Shown piece by piece: positions 17,732-26,405 of a stretch of DNA of 32,000 bases. The notes under the pieces are model-generated. The model saw nothing but the letters and a program-made list of their open reading frames with translations, was not told the DNA's origin and ran no database searches. Position numbers and translations under genes: made by a program. Numbering within the stretch: position 1 is the stretch's first letter; the number at the start of each line of letters is the position of its first letter. Source of the DNA: Nostoc sp. PCC 7120 = FACHB-418 (GTDB lineage Bacteria > Cyanobacteriota > Cyanobacteriia > Cyanobacteriales > Nostocaceae); contig NC_003272.1 of the NCBI RefSeq assembly GCF_000009705.1, positions 2,700,001 to 2,732,000 on the forward strand. The letters run 5' to 3'.

Positions 17732-19117
17732 ATGTTAGGCACTTTACTAGTCGGTCGTTATCAAATCCGTCAAATGTTAGGCGGAGGTGGATTTGGTAAA
17801 ACTTATATCGCACTTGACACTCAACGCCCTGGTCAACCTAAATGTGTCGTCAAGCACTTTCAACCTGTAACCCATAACCCAGAGTTTATGGAAACGGCCA
17901 GACGGCTATTCACCAGCGAAGCAGAAACACTAGAAAGACTGGGGCATCATGATCAAATTCCTCGTCTTTTAGCATACTTTGAAGAGCATCAAGAATTTTT
18001 TTTGGTACAAGAATTTATTGACGGGCATTCACTAAAAGCAGAAATGCCACCTAATCAACCTTGGACAGAAAAAAAAGTCATAATACTTCTACAGCAAGCC
18101 TTAGATATCTTGCAATTCATTCATCTTCACAAAGTGATTCATCGAGATATCAAACCGGAAAATATTCTCAGAAGGCTACATGATGGTAAGTTAGTGCTGA
18201 TAGATTTTGGAGCAGTTAAAGAAGTCCAAACACAGATCAGCGCAATTAGTGGACAAACAGAAATGACTGTTGCTATCGGCACACCAGGATATATGTCTTT
18301 AGAACAGTTCCGAGGTAAACCCCGTCTCAACAGTGATATTTATTCTCTAGGTATAGTTTGTATTCAAGCATTAACAGGAGTACATCCCAGAGAACTAGCA
18401 GAAGATCCCGTATCAGGAGAAGTTCTCTGGCAAAATAGTGCAGAAGTTAGCCCTGTGTTAGCATCTGTGTTATCTAAAATGGTGATAAATAACTTTAAAC
18501 TTCGCTACCAATCGGCTACAGAAGTTTTAGAGGCGTTACAACAGAATTTTCATCTTCAAGCAGAAACTCAAATAACTGTTGCACCATCAACATTGACACA
18601 ACAGCCTCCGCTTACTCTATCCCAACAGCAAAGATTAGGATTACATAGCAGTAATAGTTCTATTCTTTCCTTAGAACAGTATAACTATCTAGAAAATGTA
18701 CTCACAACTTTCGTTGGCCCCATAGCAGCAACGTTATTACGAAGGACAGCATCAGCTTCTAGTTATCAAGAATTGATCGATAGTTTGGCTTTACATTTAA
18801 CAGCCAATCAACAAACTGAGTTTAAGAAAAAAGTAGAACCGCTCCTTGAGCAACCCACCATTAAGTACGAAAACATCTCTAATAGTTTACCAGAAAAAAT
18901 CCAACCAACTACAAACTCTGGTATTAGTGATGCTTTGGTACGTGAGTGTGAACGGGAGTTACTAGACTTAATTGGGCCAATTGCTGTTTTCCTCATTCAA
19001 AAAGCAAAAAAATCTACTAGTGCAACAACCTCTCGTACGGAATTTATTAAAATTGTATCGGATGAAATTCCTGATGCTCAAAAAGCTTGGCAATTTCAGC
19101 AGCGATTACTTTCTTAA
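17732..19117 (+). CDS. Ser/Thr protein kinase with a duplicated C-terminal domain of unknown function
   Basis: Motifs are GGGGFGKTY, VVKHF, HRDIKPENIL, IDFG and GTPGYMSLEQ. The C-terminal half holds two related roughly 60-aa segments (..FVGPIAATLLRR.. and ..LIGPIAVFLIQKA..). Confidence 0.9.
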   Translation: MLGTLLVGRYQIRQMLGGGGFGKTYIALDTQRPGQPKCVVKHFQPVTHNPEFMETARRLFTSEAETLERLGHHDQIPRLLAYFEEHQEFFLVQEFIDGHSLKAEMPPNQPWTEKKVIILLQQALDILQFIHLHKVIHRDIKPENILRRLHDGKLVLIDFGAVKEVQTQISAISGQTEMTVAIGTPGYMSLEQFRGKPRLNSDIYSLGIVCIQALTGVHPRELAEDPVSGEVLWQNSAEVSPVLASVLSKMVINNFKLRYQSATEVLEALQQNFHLQAETQITVAPSTLTQQPPLTLSQQQRLGLHSSNSSILSLEQYNYLENVLTTFVGPIAATLLRRTASASSYQELIDSLALHLTANQQTEFKKKVEPLLEQPTIKYENISNSLPEKIQPTTNSGISDALVRECERELLDLIGPIAVFLIQKAKKSTSATTSRTEFIKIVSDEIPDAQKAWQFQQRLLS

Positions 19118-19140
19118 AACTGGATATAAATTAAGTATAG

Positions 19141-19161
19141 CTGGGGACTGAGGACTGGGTG
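19141..19161. repeat. STRR1-like heptamer tandem repeat (CTGGGGA CTGAGGA CTGGGTG)
   Basis: Three heptamers related to CCCCAGT/ACTGGGG lie 24 nt after the kinase stop. This repeat class is typical of heterocystous cyanobacteria. Confidence 0.6.
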
Positions 19162-19312
19162 AAAAGTCTTGTTGTGTCTGGGTTATATCATCTATTGATG
19201 TCCTAACACTACTAGCGACAGCTATATTTCTTGTTAGGAAACAGCAAAAAATAAATTAGCTGAAATCGATGGCTTGTTAAGGTGTGTCAGTCTGAATAAT
19301 TTCTGATTATAG

Positions 19313-19405
19313 TTCAATACGGTTCAGTTAAGTCTAAAACCTGGGGTTTGTGAAATAAGGAATATTCCTCACTACAAACTATTTTCTTAACTAAACTGTA
19401 TTAGA
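19313..19405. repeat. Extended imperfect inverted repeat between convergent genes (bidirectional terminator or MITE-like)
   Basis: The arms tcaatacggttcagttaag (19314-19332) and cttaactaaactgtattag (19386-19404) pair over 19 positions with 2 mismatches and 2 G-U pairs. An inner gtttgt/acaaac pairing and the 12-nt palindrome aggaatattcct lie between them. Confidence 0.45.
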
Positions 19406-19486
19406 TTATGCTTAGGTTCATGAGGAACTGAAGCACCCTACATTTTGGATATTTTTTTTATCTGAAAGTTCCTTAATATATAGTAT

Positions 19487-20389
19487 TCATTCATTTTGTT
19501 TGTTTAGCATATCCATAGCTATTGTTAAGCTATATTTCATACGATTAAAAGCTGCTGCTAAACCACCAATTTCATCATTAGTTTTATCTTCAAATTCTGC
19601 ACTCATGTCTCCAGTGCTGACTCTTTGCGCGATGTTTTCAATTTTTCTAATGCGCTGAATTACGGTTTTCTTAATGAGGAAGTTAATTATAATCACAACT
19701 ATGGCAAAGATAACAACCAAAAACGCCATAATTCCTAACCAAGTACTTTGGGCATTATTAAAGACTTCTTCTGAAGGAACAGAGATAATCTGAGCTGCGA
19801 CAATCTCATTCAGTTGCCACCCAAAACCATTTTCTGAACCATAAGTTACCAATTGGCTCTTGGGTGCTTTTTCTGGTGTAGAGTGGCATTGCAGACAACT
19901 TTGTTCTTTCACGGCCAATGGTCTGGCAATATAAAATACCGTGCCTTCAGGCAAAGTACGGAAGCTAGCAATTTCTGGCAGTGAAGGATTCTTGCGAAAG
20001 CGTTCCACGATCGCCGCTTCATAGCTATCGGCTTTGTCTCGTAAATTAGTTGGGTTCAGTGTAGCTTCTTTATAAAAGAAATTTTGATACTGTTCATTTT
20101 TGCGTAAGTTTTCAAATACTTCTGTTGCAGAGAAAGCGGGAACTGTTTCTGGAATAAAGGCTGCTTGAGTCTCTAGTTGAGGCAACAGCAAATTTCTGAC
20201 TCTATCTTGTGTATATTGTCTTACAGAAGTCATTGTGTTTAAAAGCACCAAAGCTTTGGAAATTACTTCTGTTTGCGCTCGATTCTGGAGTATGCTGGAT
20301 AAAGCAGCCCCACTTACTACAATGCTAATGATAAAAACGATAGTTAATAGTAAGTTGAATTTTGTACCGATCTTTATTTTTTTTAACAT
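19487..20389 (-). CDS. Membrane-anchored heme-c sensor domain (DUF3365/Tll0287-like, CxxCH) plus HAMP, with no output domain
   Basis: There is an N-terminal TM helix (LLLTIVFIISIVVSGAAL), then EQSCLQCHSTPEKAPK (CxxCH) with the GFGW..IVAAQIISVP context, a second TM helix (WLGIMAFLVVIFAIVVIIINFLI), and a HAMP domain (IAQRVSTGDMSAEFEDKTNDEIGGLAAAFNRM). The protein ends about 20 aa later. Confidence 0.8.
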   Translation of the reverse strand: MLKKIKIGTKFNLLLTIVFIISIVVSGAALSSILQNRAQTEVISKALVLLNTMTSVRQYTQDRVRNLLLPQLETQAAFIPETVPAFSATEVFENLRKNEQYQNFFYKEATLNPTNLRDKADSYEAAIVERFRKNPSLPEIASFRTLPEGTVFYIARPLAVKEQSCLQCHSTPEKAPKSQLVTYGSENGFGWQLNEIVAAQIISVPSEEVFNNAQSTWLGIMAFLVVIFAIVVIIINFLIKKTVIQRIRKIENIAQRVSTGDMSAEFEDKTNDEIGGLAAAFNRMKYSLTIAMDMLNKQNE

Positions 20390-20490
20390 TAGTGTAAATT
20401 TTTTAGATAAAGCTTTATCAAGGATTGTAGTAAAATACTTTAGCGAAGATAGCTTATAAAAGCAAGATAGTTTATTAATTAAAGTTAGTA

Positions 20491-21356
20491 ATGTCTAGTA
20501 AGTTTTCACGGCGTTTTTTTTTGGACAATCAATTTTCCTAATAGTTAATGCCTGTACATCTCAACAGCAATCTAATGGTTTATTAACTATTGGTGTAATT
20601 AACTATGATGGTGGAGCAAAAATAATCAATCAGTATGCTGGATTTAAGCGTTATTTAGGAGAAAGAACAAAAGCTAAGATTACTTTAGAACCTACTTTTA
20701 ATGAAAATAAAGCGATTGAGCGCCTAGAATCTCGTGCTTGGTCATTAGTGTTTGCTCCGCCAGGCATAGCAGCTATAGCGATTTCCCGCTATCAATATAT
20801 TCCTTTATTCCCTTTAATTGGTGTGAATAATTTGCGTTGCGTTTTCATTACCCGCGAGGACAGCAACATCCGTGATTTGCAAGATTTACAGCGTAAAACA
20901 GTAGCTCTAGGACAATTAGGTTCAGCTACAGGATATTATTTACCGCTTTATAATCTTTATGGTCTAACGCTGGCTGAAATTTTGTCTGCACCTACACCAA
21001 AAACTATTATGGAATGGGTAGCTGAAGGAAAAGCAGCAGCTGGTGCTGTTTCTATGGCAGAATTTAATCTTTATAGCTCAAAATTCCCAGGAACTAAATT
21101 TCGTATCCTCTACACAGATCCCCATTATGTTCCACCTGGTGTTGTGTTGATGGAATCAACTATAGAAAGCAAACGCCAAGAATTCATTCGCAAAGTTATG
21201 AGTGAGTTTCCTTCAACTTCAGCGCAAGAGATTGGCTATATACCCAATGCACAAGTCCCAAATTACAAATACATGATTAGTGTGGTGGAACGAGTACAGC
21301 CAATTGCTTCTCAATTGCAAAGTAAGCCGGTGCAGTTATTTAATAAAACAATTTAA
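20491..21356 (+). CDS. PhnD/phosphonate-type periplasmic substrate-binding protein, reading frame interrupted at a T9 run (frameshifted, possible pseudogene)
   Basis: The track ORF starts at GTG 20748. However, the same frame is open back to 20502 and encodes family-typical sequence (LLTIGVINYDGGAKIINQYAGFKRYLGERTKAKITLEPTFNENKAIERLESRAW) plus a signal-peptide end (FLIVNAC). The only upstream ATG (20491, MSSKFSRRFF) is in another frame, and the two frames meet at T9 (20514-20522). Confidence 0.65.
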
Positions 21357-21411
21357 ATTTTTGTCGGCGAGAGAGTTTAGGGACTAGAGTTGAGAAAAGT
21401 ATTTAAGTGCG

Positions 21412-21590
21412 AAACCCTACCTCGTTTTGGCTGATAGCAAAATTAAGTAGGACTTACGCATGAAAACGAAAGATCAAGGGTTTGGAGAAGGGTATAGGGG
21501 TGTAGGGGTATAAATGTTTGAAACCCTTACACCCTTACACCCAGTTTCAAAAGAAAATCTGGGTGCGTAAGTCCTATTAAGGTAGGGTTT
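21412..21590. repeat. Long nested inverted repeat, about 180 nt (MITE-like or dispersed palindromic element)
   Basis: Pairings are aaaccctacct (21412-22) with aggtagggttt (21580-90), and aggacttacgca (21449-60) with tgcgtaagtcct (21564-75). An inner G-rich gggtataggggtgtagggg faces cccttacacccttacaccc. It lies between convergent genes. Confidence 0.5.
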
Positions 21591-21608
21591 TGTGATAATT
21601 TAATATAC

Positions 21609-22037
21609 CTAACCTTGATGGCGAGGGGCATTGAAGGCTTCCCAGGCGGCTTTGGCGGCATTTTGTAGACGTACACTAAAATCTACAAAATCTTTCATCA
21701 TTAAGTGCCAGTTTTTCTCGGTTTCGTCCTTCAAAACTGCCCAAAAGTATTCTAAGCGATCGCTGCGATCCATAATTCTTTCCTTGTCAAGATTTTCTCG
21801 TATCCTCCGAACAGCGTTTAAGTAAGTTTCGCGGGTGAAAGTTCCTGCTGATTCGGCTTCAGCTTGCGCGCGTCTTCTGAGTGCTTCAATCAGCGCTTTA
21901 GTTTCGCGCTTTACTTCATCAGTTTCGCCGGCCATCTCCGCTTCCACTATTTCATCAGTTTGAGGACTAATTTCTACCACCACGGCAGATTCAACAATTT
22001 CGACAGATTCGATAATTTCGATGTTGTCAGCATTCAT
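21609..22037 (-). CDS. Hypothetical protein with an acidic repetitive N-terminus and a helical C-terminal half
   Basis: 142 aa with an ATG start. The N-terminus reads IEIIESVEIVESAVVVEISPQTDEIVEAEMAGETDEV. I recognise no family. Confidence 0.6.
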   Translation of the reverse strand: MNADNIEIIESVEIVESAVVVEISPQTDEIVEAEMAGETDEVKRETKALIEALRRRAQAEAESAGTFTRETYLNAVRRIRENLDKERIMDRSDRLEYFWAVLKDETEKNWHLMMKDFVDFSVRLQNAAKAAWEAFNAPRHQG

Positions 22038-22088
22038 AGTTGAAATATCCTTTGAGTCATGAGTTAACAGTCAATAGTTATCTACTAC

Positions 22089-22958
22089 CTAAGCTATTGT
22101 TGGCAGTTGTTTTTCTAACTTCAGCAGTGCTTGAACTCTTGCTTCGGTGGATGGATGGCTGGAAAATAAGTTACCTAAAAACTGCCCAGAAATGGGGTTG
22201 ATAATTAATAGCGGCTCAAAAGCTGGGTTAGCATTTAAGGGCATTTGTCGCGCTGTGGCTTCCAGTCTTTGTAATGCGCGGGCTAGGGCGCGGGGATTAC
22301 CTGTTAATCTGGCAGAACCAGCATCAGCAGAAAATTCTCTAGTGCGGGATATGGCTAGCTGAATGATAGTGGCTGCTATAGGTGCAAGTACAACAGTTAA
22401 CAAAACACCTAAAGGATTTCCGCCTCTTTCGTTATCTCGTCCACCTATCCCACCGAACCATAAGCTATAACTCACCATTTGTGCCAAGAAAGAGATAGCA
22501 CCGGCAACAGTAGCAGCTACAGCTTGTGTTAATGTGTCTCGGTTAATAATATGTGTAAGTTCGTGGGCGATGACAGCTTCTAATTCATCCTCTGGCAATA
22601 TATTTAAAATACCTTCGGTGACAGCCACCGCCGCGTGTTCTGGATCTCTTCCTGTCGCAAAAGCATTAGCAGTTTGACCTGGAACAATATACACTCCTGG
22701 CATGGGAATATTAGCGCGTTGTGATAATCTCTGCACCGTGCGATAAAGTTTTGGCGCTTGACTTTCGCTCACAGCTTGAGCGCGGTAAACTGCCAAGGCA
22801 ATCTTATCTGATTGATACCATGAAAGCAGGTTTGTCACTGCCGCCAAGCCAATACCAATCATCAAGCCGCTACTACCGCCAATTACCCAATAACTGATAG
22901 CAATTAGTAAGCCACTGAGGGCAGCAAGCAAAGCAAGCGTTTTAAATTGATTTCCCAT
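22089..22958 (-). CDS. htpX: Zinc metalloprotease HtpX (M48 family)
   Basis: 289 aa with HELTHIINRD (HExxH), four predicted TM segments, and a C-terminal SHPSTEARV, all typical of HtpX. Confidence 0.9.
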   Translation of the reverse strand: MGNQFKTLALLAALSGLLIAISYWVIGGSSGLMIGIGLAAVTNLLSWYQSDKIALAVYRAQAVSESQAPKLYRTVQRLSQRANIPMPGVYIVPGQTANAFATGRDPEHAAVAVTEGILNILPEDELEAVIAHELTHIINRDTLTQAVAATVAGAISFLAQMVSYSLWFGGIGGRDNERGGNPLGVLLTVVLAPIAATIIQLAISRTREFSADAGSARLTGNPRALARALQRLEATARQMPLNANPAFEPLLIINPISGQFLGNLFSSHPSTEARVQALLKLEKQLPTIA

Positions 22959-23404
22959 ATTTGCGCTCTCCTGCTAATGCTGTATTGATTTTTTTAATCT
23001 TTTATAGACAACTAGATTACTTGAGTTGCACTTTGATTTTATCTATCTAAACAGGGATTTATCAGGTAGAAATTGCGCTCCAACATGAGTACGGTTTTCC
23101 GTCTCAAGTGGCAATAATCTTGTGTTATTTTAATTCAAAATTTAAAATGAAGAATAAGAATAATGGGTTAATTTCGTTCGATATTGAGAGCGATCGCTAG
23201 TTCATATCCTTATGTGGTATGGTAATAATTACTAATGGCGATGGAGTTCGCCAAAACCGCTATTCTAGTCAAAAAATTAATCTAGAAGGCTGATGACTCC
23301 TACTTTTCTTGCTTGCTGCGGGAGGGTAGGAGTTTGTTGTATACATCACCTGGCTTCCTTGTAGTAAGTCTTGATCTACAAATCGCAACACTGGCAGTCA
23401 AGGT

Positions 23405-25036
23405 ATGTTATTCAGCATATTGTGGATTTTAATCATGGGCTTTTTTGCAGGTCAAATTGCCCGTCGCTTAACAGCACCGCCGTTAATTGGCATGATTCTA
23501 GTCGGGATTTTTGTAGGCCCCCAAGTTGGTAATGTCATCAGTCAAGATGTGCTTGGCGCTGCTGATGAATTAAGAACGGTGGCGGTGACAATTATCCTGA
23601 TGAAAGCTGGGCTGGGATTGGACAGGGAAAAACTGGCCGAACAGGGAAGTGTGGCATTGCGCTTGGGATTTCTACCTGCAACAACCGAAGCGATCGCCAT
23701 TGCTATTGCTTCTATAATTATCTTTAAATTTGATTTTCCTACTGGCTTACTTTTAGGTTGTGTCATTGGTGCTGAGTCGCCGGCGGTAATTGTGCCAGGA
23801 ATGTTGAGGCTGAAAAGTTTAGGCTTGGGAGTTACAAAAGGGATTCCCGATGCCATTTTGACAGGTAGTGCCTTATCTGATGTCTTGCTATTACTTGTCT
23901 TTAGTCTATTGTTGAATTTCTTAGGTGATGGTGGTGTTGAGCAAATCACCCTTATAGGAGTATTTACATTAAATACACTGTATTTACTCCCCATACAAAT
24001 ACTCATGCAAATCGTCTTGGGGTTGTTATTGGGGTATTTAGCTGCGCGTTTAATAGTTTTGCTGTTAACAAAACAAAACTGGACACAAAATGTCGTTCAA
24101 GACACCGTAATTTCCGCAAGTTTAGCTTTATTTTTAGTAATTATTGCTAATGCTCTACCTTACTTCTCCGGCTATTTAGCAACAATAGCAATGGGATTTT
24201 TCTTAATTGAATTAGATGCTCCCTTAGCGAGAAGATTGCGCGGCGGATTCGATGGTTTATGGGTAGTAGCGGAGATTTTTTTGTTTGTCTTGTTAGGGGC
24301 AACAATTCAACTACAAGTTTTAGAAAACATCTTGCTACCAGGAATTTTAATTCTGGCCATTGGTTTATTTATTGGTCGAATGATTGGTTGGTATCTTTCA
24401 ACTTTGGGTAGTAATTGGAACTGGCACGAAAGACTGTTTCTGCTACCAGGAAACTCAGCTAAAGCCACAGTGCAAGCTGCCATTGGGGCAATTCCCCTAG
24501 CCCAAGGTATTGCGGGAGGTGAGATAATTTTAGCGATCGCTGTGCTTTCAATTCTCATTACTGCACCCTTGGGCGCTTGGGCAACAACTGTCTTTGCACC
24601 TAAATTGTTAACGAGAGGAGAAGTTGACCCTACAAAAGTGACAATAGCTACACGTACTTTATTGCTAGCAGCAGTAGATACATCCAGTTTAGCCACAGAG
24701 GTTTTAACCAAAGTTGCAGATTTAGCACGACGCAGTAACGGTGAGGCGATCGTTTTACACGTAGTTAATACCTCGCATCGGCAAGATGTTGAACAAGTGC
24801 AAGCACAAGCAAAACAGCTATTATCAGATATTAGATATCAATTTCTCACTGTTACTGGTGCTGTTCCCGAAGAAATTCTTCGCATTGCCGAGACATATAA
24901 TGCAACGGCAATTGTGATGGGAAAACGGGGACATCAACCTTGGGAGAAAGTACTGATTGGCTCAGTATCCCAAGCTGTCTTAGAAAATAGTTCCATACCC
25001 GTCATCTTGCTGGACACCCGGCCAGAAAAAAATTAA
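23405..25036 (+). CDS. Cation:proton antiporter (CPA1, Na+/H+ exchanger family) fused to a C-terminal universal stress protein (USP) domain
   Basis: About 400 aa of polytopic membrane sequence. The tail reads ILLAAVDTS...IVLHVVN...AIVMGKRGHQPWEKVLIGSVSQAVLENSSIPVILL, carrying the USP G-x2-G-x9-GS motif. Confidence 0.85.
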   Translation: MLFSILWILIMGFFAGQIARRLTAPPLIGMILVGIFVGPQVGNVISQDVLGAADELRTVAVTIILMKAGLGLDREKLAEQGSVALRLGFLPATTEAIAIAIASIIIFKFDFPTGLLLGCVIGAESPAVIVPGMLRLKSLGLGVTKGIPDAILTGSALSDVLLLLVFSLLLNFLGDGGVEQITLIGVFTLNTLYLLPIQILMQIVLGLLLGYLAARLIVLLLTKQNWTQNVVQDTVISASLALFLVIIANALPYFSGYLATIAMGFFLIELDAPLARRLRGGFDGLWVVAEIFLFVLLGATIQLQVLENILLPGILILAIGLFIGRMIGWYLSTLGSNWNWHERLFLLPGNSAKATVQAAIGAIPLAQGIAGGEIILAIAVLSILITAPLGAWATTVFAPKLLTRGEVDPTKVTIATRTLLLAAVDTSSLATEVLTKVADLARRSNGEAIVLHVVNTSHRQDVEQVQAQAKQLLSDIRYQFLTVTGAVPEEILRIAETYNATAIVMGKRGHQPWEKVLIGSVSQAVLENSSIPVILLDTRPEKN

Positions 25037-25142
25037 ATCTGGCTGTACACAATTGATTAGATTACGGGAGACAGTTTACTCTGTTGTAGATATCGAAATT
25101 CAACAGAAGTTGGGACTATCTCCCCTTACTGCATAGTTTTGT

Positions 25143-26279
25143 ATGAGAATTGCCTTATTCACCGAAACCTTTTTGCCTAAGGTTGACGGTATTGTGACAC
25201 GCCTGCGCCACACCGTTGATCATTTACAACGTCTGGGAAACGAAGTTTTAGTGATTGCCCCTGATGGGGGCATTACTGAACACAAAGGAGCGAAAGTTTA
25301 CGGCGTTAGCGGCTTTCCCTTGCCTCTGTATCCAGAGTTAAAAATGGCACTTCCTCGCCCAGCTATTGGTTACGCCCTAGAAGAGTTTCAACCAGATATT
25401 ATTCATGTTGTGAATCCGGCAGTCTTAGGTTTGTCAGGAATTTTTTACAGTAAAGTCCAAAAAATCCCCTTAGTAGCTTCTTATCATACTCATCTACCCC
25501 AATATCTCCAACATTATGGTTTAGGAATGCTAGAAGGGTTGCTGTGGGAACTGCTAAAAGGAGCGCACAATCAAGCTGTCTTAAATCTTTGTACTTCCAC
25601 CGCGATGGTGGCAGAACTATCAGGACACGGTATCGAACGAGTGGATTTATGGCAAAGAGGAGTAGACACAGAATTATTTCATCCTGAATTAGCCAGTTTA
25701 GAGATGCGATCGCATCTGTCACAAAACCACCCAGAAAACCCCCTATTATTATATGTAGGTCGTCTTTCTGCTGAAAAAGAAATTGAGCGCATCAAACCCA
25801 TCCTAGAAGCAATTCCCCAAGCGAGATTAGCCCTGGTGGGAGACGGCCCCCACCGCCAAGCATTAGAAAAACATTTCTTTGGTACAAATACTCATTTTGT
25901 CGGCTATCTCACAGGACGTGAATTAGGTTCTGCTTTTGCCAGCGCCGATGCCTTTATTTTTCCCTCTCGCACAGAAACTCTGGGTTTAGTCTTACTAGAA
26001 GCAATGGCAGCCGGCTGTCCAGTAGTCGCCGCCCGTTCCGGTGGTATCCCTGATATCGTCACAGATGGGGTCAATGGTTATCTTTTTAACCCAAAAGCCG
26101 ATATTCAAGATGCCATTAATGCAACCGTCCGCCTCTTAGAAAACGCCCAAGAACGTGATACCATCCGTCAAAATGCTCGTCGAGAAGCCGAAGGGTGGGG
26201 ATGGGCATCTGCTACACGTCAGCTACAAGATTATTACCAAAAAGTGTTAATTAAAGAAAAGTTAGCAAAAGTAGGTTGA
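25143..26279 (+). CDS. sqdX: GT4 glycosyltransferase, SqdX-like (sulfoquinovosyl-diacylglycerol synthase candidate)
   Basis: MRIALFTETFLPKVDGIVTRL... and the size of 378 aa match my memory of cyanobacterial SqdX. The GT4 core is FPSRTETLGLVLLEAMAAGCPVVA (E-x7-E). No sqdB gene lies adjacent, so the specific function is unconfirmed. Confidence 0.65.
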   Translation: MRIALFTETFLPKVDGIVTRLRHTVDHLQRLGNEVLVIAPDGGITEHKGAKVYGVSGFPLPLYPELKMALPRPAIGYALEEFQPDIIHVVNPAVLGLSGIFYSKVQKIPLVASYHTHLPQYLQHYGLGMLEGLLWELLKGAHNQAVLNLCTSTAMVAELSGHGIERVDLWQRGVDTELFHPELASLEMRSHLSQNHPENPLLLYVGRLSAEKEIERIKPILEAIPQARLALVGDGPHRQALEKHFFGTNTHFVGYLTGRELGSAFASADAFIFPSRTETLGLVLLEAMAAGCPVVAARSGGIPDIVTDGVNGYLFNPKADIQDAINATVRLLENAQERDTIRQNARREAEGWGWASATRQLQDYYQKVLIKEKLAKVG

Positions 26280-26374
26280 AGAAGGCAGTCCTGATGAAAA
26301 AATTTCACAGTCATAGATGAAAGATATATTTCCCCTACAACCTCTTTTCAGGCAGGGGAAAAGAAAACTATTAG

Positions 26375-26402
26375 CAACGGACAACGGACAACTGACCAAT
26401 AA
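26375..26402. repeat. STRR-type heptamer repeat (CAACGGA CAACGGA CAACTGA CCAATAA)
   Basis: Tandem heptamers end 4 nt before the cyaB1 ATG. Confidence 0.55.
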
Positions 26403-26405
26403 CTA

